Shown piece by piece: positions 1 to 13,135 of a DNA stretch of 48,462 nucleotides. The notes under the pieces were generated by a model. It made no database searches and had not been told where the DNA came from. It worked only from the letters and a program-made list of their open reading frames with translations. Positions within the stretch are counted from its first letter, which is position 1. Every line of letters starts with the position of its first letter. Source of the DNA: Paramecium tetraurelia (taxonomy: Eukaryota); contig CT868043.1 of NCBI GenBank assembly GCA_000165425.1, forward strand, positions 186,001-234,462. The letters are read 5' to 3'. A program made the position numbers and the translations under genes.

Positions 1-133
1 ACAACTTACTTTACTTGGGACTCCTGATTTTCAATACATAAAGGACGATAGATGACATAGACAATTTATATCGTTAATTAAATATAGATCAAAGTTTAAA
101 AAATGAATATATGACTTGAATATGAAATTAATG

Positions 134-950
134 TCATTTCTTCTTTTTTCCATGTGTAGTATTAAAAGATCTAATTTTAGTGGAATCACCATCTTGAGTT
201 GAATATTCTTAAACATTGGATAACTTTTTCTTCTTGTTTTAGTTTTAATCAACACATGCAAGACAAATGAACTTGATCTTAGAAATATTTTTAAGTTCTT
301 TGTCACTTTTTCCACTGCAAGTATAATGAATCCAATTATTACAGAATTCACATAGAATATAGTCTTCTTTAGGATCGTATAATCTTTTGCAATTGCAATA
401 TATTAACCATTCATTTATAGGAGGGTTAAACTCTTATAATTTTGTGTTGTATTCTGCACGTGTATAGAAATGGTCATCGTCTAGTACGATTGTCCCTTCG
501 ACAAACATATCAATTGGATCGACTTTTATTTTTTAAACAAATGTAGTAGATAGAAACCATTAAGTAATGTCAGTGAGAAATAGGTCTTTAGATGTGCATT
601 CTTGTAGCTTTTAGAATTCATCATCACGATTATCAATGTCTTCAGGTTTGAAATATATTCGACCTTTTATGAATCCCGCCCATTCATTTTGAATCTTTAT
701 TTTTATCATTTCAGTGATTTGAACGTAGTAGGACACTCTGCCAATTGTAAATTAAGCATTTTCAGTCGGCGCCAATTTTTATTTTTAACGTGTTAGCATG
801 TACTCACATTCAACTATGAGATCAGTATTTCTGAAGTAGGAGATGAAGGTTTCAAACTATTTGATTTAATCTCTAATTGATTACATCTTGCTCATCAAGG
901 CTTTTCATGATCGCTGCTTGATCTTCTTTTGAAAATTTAACAGATTTCAT
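134..950 (-). CDS. BAH-PHD chromatin reader protein (EBS/SHL-like), ~262 aa, one 28-nt intron (857-884)
   Basis: Code 6 translation: MKSVKFSKED...GRVSYYVQITEM...KGRIYFKPED...DLFLTD...DDHFYTRAEYNTKLQEFNP (BAH), immediately followed by IYCNCKRLYDPKEDYILCEFCNNWIHYTC...FICLAC (C4HC3 PHD finger). It ends HGKKKK-TGA and the spliced length is divisible by 3. Confidence 0.85.
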
Positions 951-1009
951 TTCTGTTTTCTCTTATAATATACAAATATAATTATGATTACAAAAATATA
1001 GGATTATGA

Positions 1010-2574
1010 TCATTTCCTGCTATTCTAATTGCTTGAGGGAACATAAGCAGATGATCTTCTAGCTGCAGCCACTCTTTAAGCTGGAGTTCTCTCCTCCTCA
1101 AAATGAGAATTCCTTGATTTAGCCACAATTGTCGTTTTCTCCTTTCCGGAATTTCGTACATCCTGTTTCTCTTCAAGAATTGGCATCAATTTGATCATCT
1201 TTGGATTTAACACACTCTATCTCTTACTAAAATTATTGTTATATCATATTACGATCTATCGATTTCTGGATGTAAAGGCTACATTCTTTTAGGTGGACTA
1301 CTCTTAGGTCTCTGAAAATCTCTGAACACAGGTATGCCATCCTCTCCATATTCCACTTCCATTATTTTTGATTCAAGAATTTCTCTGCAAGATGGTCGAT
1401 CTTATGGATTGTGAGATAGCATCTTTTGTAAGAGAACAGTTAATGAATGACTTGAATTGAGGTCTTTTTCTAATTGAGCAAAGTCAATCTTCATTTCCAT
1501 ATTGGTCTGCTTCACTGGCTATGCGAAGAGAGGATGACCAATTAAAAGATAATAGAGGATGCAACCTAATGAAAAGACATCGCATTTCTCATCATATGTA
1601 GCATTGTTATCGTTTTCTGCCAAAAACACTTCCGGTGCCATGTACCCTGGAGTGCCACAATATTGATACACAGCCATTCTTTATTGTTTTGGAGTAGCAA
1701 TCCCAAAATCGCTGATCATAACATTATTACCAACATTGATGAGTCCATACCTTTTAAGGGGGATGAAATCTCTAAAAAGAATATTATCTGGTTTTAAATC
1801 TCTGTGTATTACACCCTAATCATGAATATATTGTACACCTTCAAGGATTTATCTAAATATCACTTTTGCACTCAGGAATGGAACTGGGGCATTGAAGACT
1901 TTCAAAGCATATTCAAGTGTGCCTCCCCTTGCCAAATCCAATATTAAATAGATTTATGCTTTATTTTCAAATACTTCGTGTAAATTAATCAGATTTGGAT
2001 GATTGAGTTTACGCATCACAACAATTTCATTTTCCACCTAATCCCTTCCTTTAGGATCCTGGAACACTTGCTTCTTATAGAATGCTTTGGCAGCATAAGA
2101 TTATTGATCATTTTTTCCCTTGGCTTCATAGACCGATGCAAATGATCCTTTACCAATTAATTTGCTTATTTCATAATGTGCTTGATAATCTAACATATGC
2201 AACTTGTTTCTGAGGTGATCAAACCAATACATAGTTTAGAAATTGAAGTTATAAAATTCAACAGAATCACAATCATCTCTTTCGAGAGTAAATTTGTAAA
2301 TTTGTGTATGGAATTCATCGCCTTTCATTTGTTTGTGTATTTATTTCGAAGTTTATTCGGCTTTAACTGAGAATCTCACTTCACAATTGAGTTTAAGTAT
2401 ATACATTTTAGTGTTCTTATTACTTATTTTGTATATGAAATCATCACTGCATAACAGTAAAGTCACTTCTTTGTGATTACTCATCTTGAAAAATTGGGTT
2501 TTGAATAGGATTTTATCCTATGGAATGGGTGCATCATATTTTAAAAAAAGCTTAGTTAATTGTTGTTATAACAT
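1010..2574 (-). CDS. Ser/Thr protein kinase (CAMK-like) with N-terminal PH-like extension, ~512 aa, intron 1227-1252
   Basis: Motifs [33 protein letters not shown] and KCDVFSLG in one frame under code 6; spliced length 1539 nt. Confidence 0.93.
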
Positions 2575-2599
2575 ATTAATATAAATTATTCAAGTCGAG

Positions 2600-5449
2600 T
2601 CAAAGTGATTCTTTAGCCTACAATTAGACCTTTTGTAATTTGTAAACTTGTCTATTCAAAGCTGATTTTTAAATCAAGAAACCTAATTTTGCATAAAATC
2701 TTAATAAATGAGAACATTATTCACCACATTACCTTTAATGATTTTATCTCAACTTCGATAAATATTCATTGAATTCTTCTTACTTTAATTCTTCTCCATC
2801 ACCTTTATTGAAGAACTTTTTAATTTAATTGACTGCCTCTTAAAATTATGGGTCATTCTTGGCTTTTCCTTATTAGAGTTTCTTAAATGCTTCTTTGTCT
2901 AATTCATTGAAATCAGGTTTATCAATAATAATCTGAGAGTTCTACTTCTTCTATTAAAATTACTCTTAAGTTTGTGTGAATAATGGTATTTAACCTTCAG
3001 TCTGAATTCCAATATCTATTACAACAACAGATTACAACTCTGCTCGTGGTAATCTTTTCTATGATTGTCTAATTTATCGTAATTCCGGATTAAGTCCATC
3101 ATTCTCAACCACTTCAAATTCTTGAATAATCTCTTCACCTAGAGCATTGATTCTCTTTTTAATTAGAATCCTTTGACCAAATTCATCAACTCTATCTTCT
3201 TCGACTATCTTCTCATTATTCTCATCAAAATACGACCTCTAATGAATATGTCTTTTAGCACCATTAGACAGATTAATAGTTTACTATTGATATTCAACAG
3301 AATTCTTAGTAAAATTGGTTGTCTGAATTTTCATGTTATTTTCATGATCAACCATATGGATAGACTCTTAGCCATGTTCATCAACTAACACCTTTTACTC
3401 AATAGTCTTTCCATTCTTGGTAATTCTTTCAATTCTTTCATTAGGTCCAACTTAAATGATGACTTGCTTGCCTATTTCCAAACCATCCAAAGTGATAACA
3501 GTTTCAATAGTTTATTTACCATCTTCATTTTTAAAAGTCTTTTACATTTACACTTCCTTAGTTCTCATATTCATTTTTCTTTGACATTCAACTTATTATC
3601 CCTTTTCATTAATATATGTGTATTTGGTCACTTGAATTTCATCTCCATATTCATCATTAAACACAGCTTCAGTTTTGTCCTTGTATTGCTTCAATACAAT
3701 ACTAGATCTTCGTCCATTTGGATGAATAGTGATTTCATCTATTTTCTTACTCTAATCATCACTATTCACATATATCTTTCTCATAATTTTGAGTCCTCCT
3801 TCTTTCACTTCTTCCTCATGTTAATACATTTCCCCATTGTCATCTTTCAAAACCTACTTAGTAATAGATTCCACAACTTCATGCTGACTATTTCTTTTGA
3901 TAATCTTTAATGTATCCTAACCATATTTTTATTTCTCCAATATTCTCATTACACTACCATTCTCCGTTGTCCTCTCCTCTATAATTGATTCCTTATGATC
4001 TAATCTCTTTGCTGACAATCTAATCCCTACCGATTCTCCCTTGTCCTCATATAACAATTATCCATTCTGCTAATATACTTTATACTAATGTTTTCCATCT
4101 GCCTATTGAGCTATCCACTCCTCTTCCAATTGCTTATTCCCATCAACTGATTTCACTCTAACAATCTTTTTGGCCTATGCAGTATTAACTTCATATTAAG
4201 TAACATCATCTGATTTCTAAACTACCTTAACCTTCTAATTTCCATACTTAGCCACAATCCATTCATTTTCATCTATAGTTTGTTCCTTTGATTTTATCTA
4301 CTTAATCAATTCTTCTTATTCCAACATAATTTCTTATTGGGGATCACTTTATCTGGCCCTACTTTTGATTACTTCTCCACTCTCTACATCTACCACAACC
4401 TCCTCTATCACTTATTAACCATTAATTTCCTTAACTCTAAATTCTATTCTCTTATTCTATAGTAATTCTGGATCAAATTCAGGATCATATTCAATAATCC
4501 CTGCCTCGATTGCCTTTCTCTTGTGTTCCTACAATTACACTTATTTAATGATATCACCCAAAGGAGGAAGATTCTCTTTCAATTCCTTCGATTTAAATTC
4601 CTTAGTTGCTTCAATCTGTGTTATTTTTTGTTATAGAACCTAAGTCACATGTTACAAAGATTATTAGGCAAAATATTTAACTTTTAAGGCAGGAGTATCT
4701 TGATTCACATCTGAGAATATTTCTGTTTATTTTTAACATGCCTTAATTCCTTCTTCAATAATTGATTTTACATTATCATATTGAGAATGCAAATAAAAAT
4801 AATTGACAAAATGATTGCGCAATTCTGATATGGCTTACAGTGAGAATTTAGATGGAAGAGAATCAGTTTAAGCTTCGGCATCAAAAGTTTCTGGTTTACT
4901 TATTGTGATTTCATTGGTATTTTAATTGAGTAACAATTCCTCCAACTCAACTTAACATGCTTTCGATGTCTTATATACAAATTATTCGTCATCATCTGAT
5001 AATTTTCTAATCTTTCTTTCCAGTGATACATGTTCCATTTTAGAATTCAATTCAACTCCATCTCTTTTCAATTAATCCAAGTACTTCTTGTAGTGTGCTT
5101 ATTTAGGATCTTACTTGGATGGCATCTTACGATACTGATCACAAAGTGAACAATTGATCAACCTTAAAGATCTTCTTCTTTAGGCTCGTTATTGAAATAG
5201 TTTTCTGGTCACTTCATCAAAATCATTGTCTTTGAGACACTTGATCAATTGGGTAATCAATTAAAACACTTTTATAGTTTAACCTCTGAACTCCTCTCTA
5301 ATGTAAGGTACTATTGATTAGATCACTATCCAAGATATAGTATGAACAGAATGAAACACATGTTATAATTTGTCTTGCTCTATTTTTAGAACATCATCAC
5401 TTAGTTTCTTAAGAATCACATCCAATTTGTGAGCCAATTCTTTTTCCAT
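2600..5449 (-). CDS. Hypothetical ~949 aa E/K/Q-rich coiled-coil protein with a C-terminal HxxxCGxxCxH motif
   Basis: ATG at 5449 (MEKELAHKLDVIL...). The 2850-nt span is divisible by 3 and ends ...HQRQCGEQCSHLLRFYAKLGF...AKESL-TGA. The interior was spot-checked, not fully translated. Confidence 0.75.
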
Positions 5450-5479
5450 TTTATAATTTTAATAATATTTTTTATTGTT

Positions 5480-6847
5480 TCAAAATTGTTTTGGCAATAG
5501 ATACTTTGGAACCTCATTAAATTTAGGAGGGATATTGTAAGCCCCTGGGCCAGGAATCATATCCTTTTTGATTATGCTTTAACGAATGTCTTTAGAGAAT
5601 CCCCATTAAGGACCTTCGAGAGATGATTTAACAGAATATTATCCAGGTCCTGGTAAGTACTGCGTTAATAATTATTTAGTCCTATGTTCTGGTACAATTT
5701 TCACTGAACCTTCCTTGTTTTTACATACTGAATCATCTGGACTGTACTGTCCTGGCCCTGGAATATATGCCGAAATATTGGGGTTATACTTTGACCCCTT
5801 CATTGAGACCATCTAAGTGTTTTGATTCTAAGGTATCGAATATTATCCAGGACCAGGAGTGATTGTCACTGAATCATTTATATCCTTCCTCAATGCTTGA
5901 GGCATCTTGAAGGACGGAGCTGACTTCTATAAAGAACTTAGACTATCCAAACTCCTACACTTTACTAATCAATAAATTACTCCTTATAATATTTTCCAGG
6001 TCCAGGCACCAATTTATCCATTAGATTTGATGAGCTCCTCAATTCAGAACCAATCTTATAGGATGGATAATTGGATTTGATTGTTGAAATATCTTAATCA
6101 TAAGCTCCAGGACCAGGTTGAGTTGAGCTGTAATCTTTAGTACCCAGTTTCTATTTGATTGTGAAGTTTTTGGATAAATTGAGTAGACTCTTTAAATGGT
6201 ATGCTCCAGGTCCTGGTTATAAGTCTTATTTCCTTAATTCTGGAGATCTCTGAGAAGTGCCAATCACCCAAGAAGGTTAAGATTTCTCTTGTAACAACTT
6301 GACAGCCTTGTCAATATTGTATTCTAGAAATAATATTCTAATTTACATCCAGGTCCAGGAGATATTCCGCCTTCCAGAGAGGTTAATCTTGGTTGGGTTG
6401 GAAATTTAATTGAGTTGTTAGAGATGTAAGAACTGTTTAAATCATACTGTCCAGGACCAGGCATGATATCCTTTTAGGATGTATGATGTTTTAGACCGAG
6501 AGTATACATGGGCTATTTTTTGTAAACAGAACTGAAGCTTTCATCATCGTAGTTTCCTGGTCCTGGAGATTATGAAACTTGTTTCAATTCATGTTTTCCA
6601 CTTATGGTGTATTTTGGTCCATTTGCTATTTTAGATTCGTATCCATATTGTCCTGGTCCAGGTCCTATTGATGTTGATCTGCCTGCCCTTTAGGCTGCTC
6701 CTCCGATACTACTCTAATAAGTTGGGTTTACGTCCATTGAGGAGCTTGCATTTTGGATACCAATTTTGGAAGATAGGCATTGGGAGCAGGTGCAATTGTT
6801 TTGAGAGCAGGATCTGATCTTTTGGCTTAACCAATTGAATAAACCAT
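5480..6847 (-). CDS. SHIPPO-repeat / ODF3-like (sperm-tail PG-rich repeat) microtubule-associated protein, ~431 aa, 3 tiny introns
   Basis: About 11 xPGPGxY repeats (CCAGGACCAGG-like on the + strand) spaced ~33-36 aa apart, plus an N-terminal APAPNAY. Introns lie at ~6710-6732, 6324-6346 and 5955-5980. Confidence 0.9.
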
Positions 6848-6887
6848 TCTTTATTTATAAAATTAATGTCAATAAATATTAAGAATA

Positions 6888-8505
6888 TCAATAATTTTCA
6901 ATTTAATTTTGAGTTTTCTCCAAAATATTGATGCACTCATCGATCCAATCTCTCACTTCTTGATTGTTAATATTTTAGTATAAGGTCAACAATTTATCTT
7001 AGATGTTGTGTATATTTAATTGATTCATTATGTAAACTTGTGATTAGACCTTATTATCTCCAGGAATCTACAATTAAACCGTATAGTTATCAATAGAGTG
7101 CAATAAGATCCATAAAGATTTCAAAGTGGAGATTAATATTTCATTGTCTAAATATTCCAATATCCTTGAAATAAGATTCAAGATCTAATTGCTAATGAAA
7201 ATTTGGTTAATCTCAATCTTTTCATACTGTAACATGCTATGAATCAAGTTAACTCCAGTTAGAATCTACTACTATTCTGTCTATATTGTTATTGATATGA
7301 TTTTCTCTATTACAAAAGGGGTTTTAGATAAGGAATTGGCAAAATACTCATTCAGATTGCATAGGTTAGTCAACGACACCATTGATCTCAATCTATACTC
7401 CTTCTCGTAAGATGACAAATTTGTAATATATATCTCCATTAGATGATATTTATATTCCAACTTCTTAATTTAATCGAATTCATTTAAGTTGCTTAGTGAA
7501 AATATAATATCTAAGGAAATAGAATGATGTTCCAAATCTTGTCCCTATAAAATAATCCCAACAATTTTAGAAAAAGAGTCTAAATCAATAATTAATGGTA
7601 TCGCATTAATTTGATATTGACAGAGATTCCTGATGGCACTTAAACTATGGCTAATGTCTTTGGCATCAGAAGTTTACAATTATTTATCTATAATTTGTAA
7701 GGATAAGTGCAACTCTTCTTTGTTCAGAAATTCTCGATTGGCTGTCAAAGTATCCAATACCCAGACTATGGTGTTCAGATTCATAGACATTTGTAGCAGA
7801 TGCTTAAATCCAAAATGCTATTTGAATTTCTGAACCAATATTTATTAATCATAGAATGCATTTCCTAGAGCATACAAACACTAATAATTAAGAAGCTCAA
7901 TCATACTGAATCAACCAAGATAGCATTCTGTGAAGTCAGCAATCTCCCAAGATTCTAAATTAATGCATCACCAAGTATATTCAACATGGGGAGATAGGAT
8001 TAAAAATACAATCTTGAATTTTTATCCATCATACCAAAAAAATTGGCTAAAATAGTGGCTGCTTCAACTTATAATTGAGATGCCTGATCGTACTGTTCAT
8101 TCAATAGAACAAGAATGTATCTACATTATGTTATTGGTTTTACTCGATAAAGTCATTCTTAAACAAACAAAATGAGAAGGTCTCTTCTCCATAATCAAAA
8201 TTCTGTAACATTCTCAAACTCATTAAATTATTCATAGTTTTATCTAATTCATCAGGTTATCTGTTTCTGTAGGTATCAATACATTGTTTCATCAATTCTG
8301 TGATGTAGTAATCTAATTACTGATTTATATTGAAATTTGATACCTCAAGATTCATTTAGATGTGTTCATGTGTCTCGTTTAATTTTTGTATGATTCTTTT
8401 GGATTTGAAGATCTCCTCTCTCTTTTCTTTTCTAATTTGAATGTGGAACTATTCTTTCTTGTTTTAAAGTAACAAATTAGATGAGGTATTTTAATTAGTT
8501 TACAT
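6888..8505 (-). CDS. Divergent importin-alpha-like ARM-repeat protein, ~522 aa, introns 8121-8143 and 7881-7906
   Basis: N-terminal IBB-like segment KKEQFHIQIRKEKREEIFKSKR, followed by ARM-like helices QLQVEAATILANF, CLYALGN and MVSLTNLC. An in-frame TGA lies just upstream of the ATG at 8505. Confidence 0.7.
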
Positions 8506-8644
8506 TTAATTATTATTAATTTCTCATCAACCATTGTAGTTGTACTTTCGAATTAAGTATCCATTAAATTTTTTCAATTATTCTTAATTAACAACAGCGT
8601 CTAAAAATTACATCTGTGAATAAATTTTACATTTTTTATTTTAA

Positions 8645-10245
<1,601 letters not shown>

Positions 10246-10346
10246 TACTTATATATATGTATGATTATGGTCATTTATTTCATTTGAAATAAGTTCATTA
10301 GCTTTTCTGTGATGTTTTCAGATTTACTGACTATTATTTATAAATA

Positions 10347-12091
10347 ATGAATAAATTTACTTTGAGATTTCCTTTTGAATTGGAACAAAAATATGAGGAT
10401 GCCACAAGAGATTCTTCGTTGTCACATTTTAAATCATATCACCCATTCCTCATAATGATCAATCTAGGTGTGGCCATTATCCAATTGCAACAGGGATAAC
10501 TGACAAATGGAATATTGTTATCAATAAGCACCATAATTCTCATAATACAATTTCCCATAGTGTGTAGGATGAAGCAGAACAAGAATATTTGCAGTGTGTT
10601 TGTTTTTAACAACATCATAATGACTGTAGTTTAGTTGTTTGTTGATAAGAACACGAGCAATTATAACAATCTGTACGTTGCTGGATGTGTAATTACAATG
10701 GTCAACATAACCTTATTGGAACATTATGATTTCATTTGGAATGTCATTTCACTCACAATTGTAATCACAATACGGTTGATATACGTGATATTTTATTTTA
10801 AATTTGATGGCATAGCTATCATTTATACGGTTGTCTCATGTTATTTATACATTATGATGTATCGCAAAGCCTACGTGAGGAGAGCACTCTTTTTGTAATA
10901 TGAAAATGAGAAGGAAATTAGTAATTATACTTATTATATCTAAAGGAAATATTTTAGACGAAATAATAAAGGATGTCTACATACATTTTAAATTTGACTA
11001 AGATTCATTTCAATTTGAATTGAAGTATGCAAATAAATTAGCCCAACAAAGGATTGGCATTCTGGGCAATTAAGACTTAAAGGATTTCCTCCATCATTAT
11101 TCTATCTATGATTCTAAACAATAATAGCAATTTGAAAATCAGAATAAACCTCGAAATGCTAATTTGTAACATAGTGCAGCTATGGATTGCGTGAATGTGG
11201 GACAATACCTGTATGAGATGATGGTGGCTCTCAAGAAGAATTCATCACAATTAGAAATGGTAGTGAAGGATAATTCAACACATCAGATATATAATGTTCG
11301 TTGTTTCTAATATAGTGTAATTGACAAAGAAATTATTATGCTAATGGAACAGAAATCCAGGATTTTGGAGGAAGACAAACAATTGAAATTGAAGGATCAA
11401 GAAATCAAGTTACTTACTAAACAATTAATTAAAATAAACACAAGAACAAAAAAACAATTAAGTTAATTATGTTCTATACTGGAAAATTCTGAGTCCAATC
11501 CATACTTCAAGATTAATGAAAGCACTGTCAATGCCCAAATCATCTCGAACACTAAAATTCAAATGATATTAGATGCCTTCCAAATCTATTATTATAGGAG
11601 AGAGTAAGAATAGCTATTAGACATATTCCCAATTAATCAAATTGTTTATAAATGCTTAACCATTATGAATATCATAGCTGAAGTTGAAGATAAACAAATC
11701 ACTTATGAGTCAGAATTAACTGAATCAGATATTATTACTTCCATTTCCCATATCTTTTACTTTATTCTATAGAATCTCTTATACTTGTTTCTTGTTTAGT
11801 AGAACCATAAAAGCATCAAATTTACCTTGAGAAATATTGATAAGGAAAAAGTGGTGATGTTCAATTTCTACATTGATGGACTTCTATCTTTGGAGTTCTT
11901 AAAATAGAACTCATTCATTATGTCCATGGTTTATAAAGGATTACAAATTATAGGACCCAAGTCTGAAATTATTTCAACATCTGACATTATTAACAACACT
12001 CAAAGTAAATCATTCAATAATTTTAGATCCGTACTTAATTTAAGTCAAAATTTATAAGAATCTTCACAGTATTATCAAATAACAATAATGA
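10347..12091 (+). CDS. Multi-pass membrane protein resembling a degenerate sensor histidine kinase (TM bundle + PAS-like + HATPase-like), ~565 aa, introns 10921-10945 and 12005-12026
   Basis: Starts MNKFTLRFPFELEQKYE, then ~6 hydrophobic segments, a soluble PAS-like part (FELKYANKLAQQRIG), a coiled coil and a C-terminal alpha/beta region (FILQNLLYLFL...GLQIIGPKSEI). The spliced length is divisible by 3. Confidence 0.65.
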
Positions 12092-12141
12092 TATAATTGT
12101 ATTTTATTATATATTTTTATGAATTAAACATAATCTAACCT

Positions 12142-12728
12142 ATGAAAAGTCAGATAAAAGGAAAAAGATTTACTCATTGATGGCTTATCATGAATTGATC
12201 CAAGAACTATTATTGAAGGACTCAAAAGCAATCTGCATTCTGATGACAATTTTAAAGTGTTACATTATTCATAGACTTTTTCAGATGCAGAAGATAAGAA
12301 ATACACAAAGAATTTTTAATGGTTTGATAGAGTAAATGATGAAAGAATTAGCTTCACTGGATTGCAAGAACTATTCACCTCTATTGGTTATGTTTTTGAC
12401 GAATAAGAATTAAGCGAATTGTATAAAGAGTTAGAGGAATTGAAGTTCAAGGTATCAGATCATTTGCCTTGTTCATTTTTGTGAGTAAGAAAAGAGGTAG
12501 GGAAGAATAACTGATAGAAGATAGAATAGAGCATTTAAGGAATGGTCTTTAAATCAGTAGATCTAGTAAACCCACGGTATATTTAGAGTGAGCAATTAAA
12601 GGAATTGTTGATCACTTTGGGGTATAGATTTAATGAGGATGAAGCAGATGAGTATTTGAAATTTTATAGATCCAAAAAATGAAGGCAAATTCCTCTATAT
12701 TGACATAGTTAAGATTATACTTAAATGA
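12142..12728 (+). pseudogene. Frameshifted pseudogene of a calmodulin/myosin-light-chain-like EF-hand protein
   Basis: Calmodulin-like segments FQWFDRVNDERISFTGLQELFTSIG, FKSVDLVNPRYIQSEQLKELLITLGYRFNEDEADEYL and FIDPKNEGKFLYIDIVKIILK-TGA lie in different frames. The shifts at ~12440 and ~12663 have no GT..AG intron to repair them, and the 5' ATG frame hits TGA after 12 codons. Confidence 0.75.
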
Positions 12729-12751
12729 ATTGTTATACATAGATAATAAAC

Positions 12752-13104
12752 TCATATATTTATTGCAAAGGCAGCTATTGTTAACCATATTGGTACGGCG
12801 AAGAGTTCAAAATAATGACAATCATTATAACAATCCATGACCTTGACCCATGTCATATATCCATTGGTTCTACATTAGATATATTCTGACTCACTGGACT
12901 TCTCTGAAATACAAGTAGTAAAGTTGTTATAAGATAATCTATGGTTTTTAGAATTGGCAATTACCTACAATCGGTGTCAATGCCACAATTGCTTCTTGCG
13001 GGTTCACATGTGTTTTAGACGCAATCCATAACTTCTTCCAAGTAGATGTCTGTTGCTTAAAAGGTAGATAATATGAAGGTTAGTAAAAGAATGTTCTTGA
13101 GCAT
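12752..13104 (-). CDS. Small secreted Cys-rich protein, probably GPI-anchored, 108 aa, intron 12939-12964
   Basis: Signal peptide MLKNILLLTFILSTFQA, 8 Cys in the mature part, and a hydrophobic C-terminus LFAVPIWLTIAAFAINI-TGA. Confidence 0.8.
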
Positions 13105-13135
13105 TAGTGATAATAAAAATAATTATTTTGCAATA

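Noticed and set aside
1..119. Possible 3' end of a plus-strand gene
   Set aside because: Three frames end at TGA 27, 55 or 119 and none carries a recognisable motif, so the frame cannot be chosen.
3173..3910. Supplied plus-strand ORFs rich in F/L/I/S that look like membrane proteins (also 17071, 23157, 25010, 39714 and similar)
   Set aside because: They are antisense shadows of K/E/Q-rich minus-strand genes, produced by translating with TAA/TAG as stops.
5540..6670. Recurring CCAGG(A/T)CC(A/T)GG motif at ~100-bp spacing resembling a CRISPR or DNA repeat array
   Set aside because: The repeats vary at synonymous positions and encode PGPG in one protein frame; no cas genes are present and the context is eukaryotic.
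8506..8564. Upstream ATGs (8564, 8534) as the start of the importin-like gene
   Set aside because: They are in a different frame that terminates near 8353. They could form an overlapping uORF, but there is no evidence they are transcribed.
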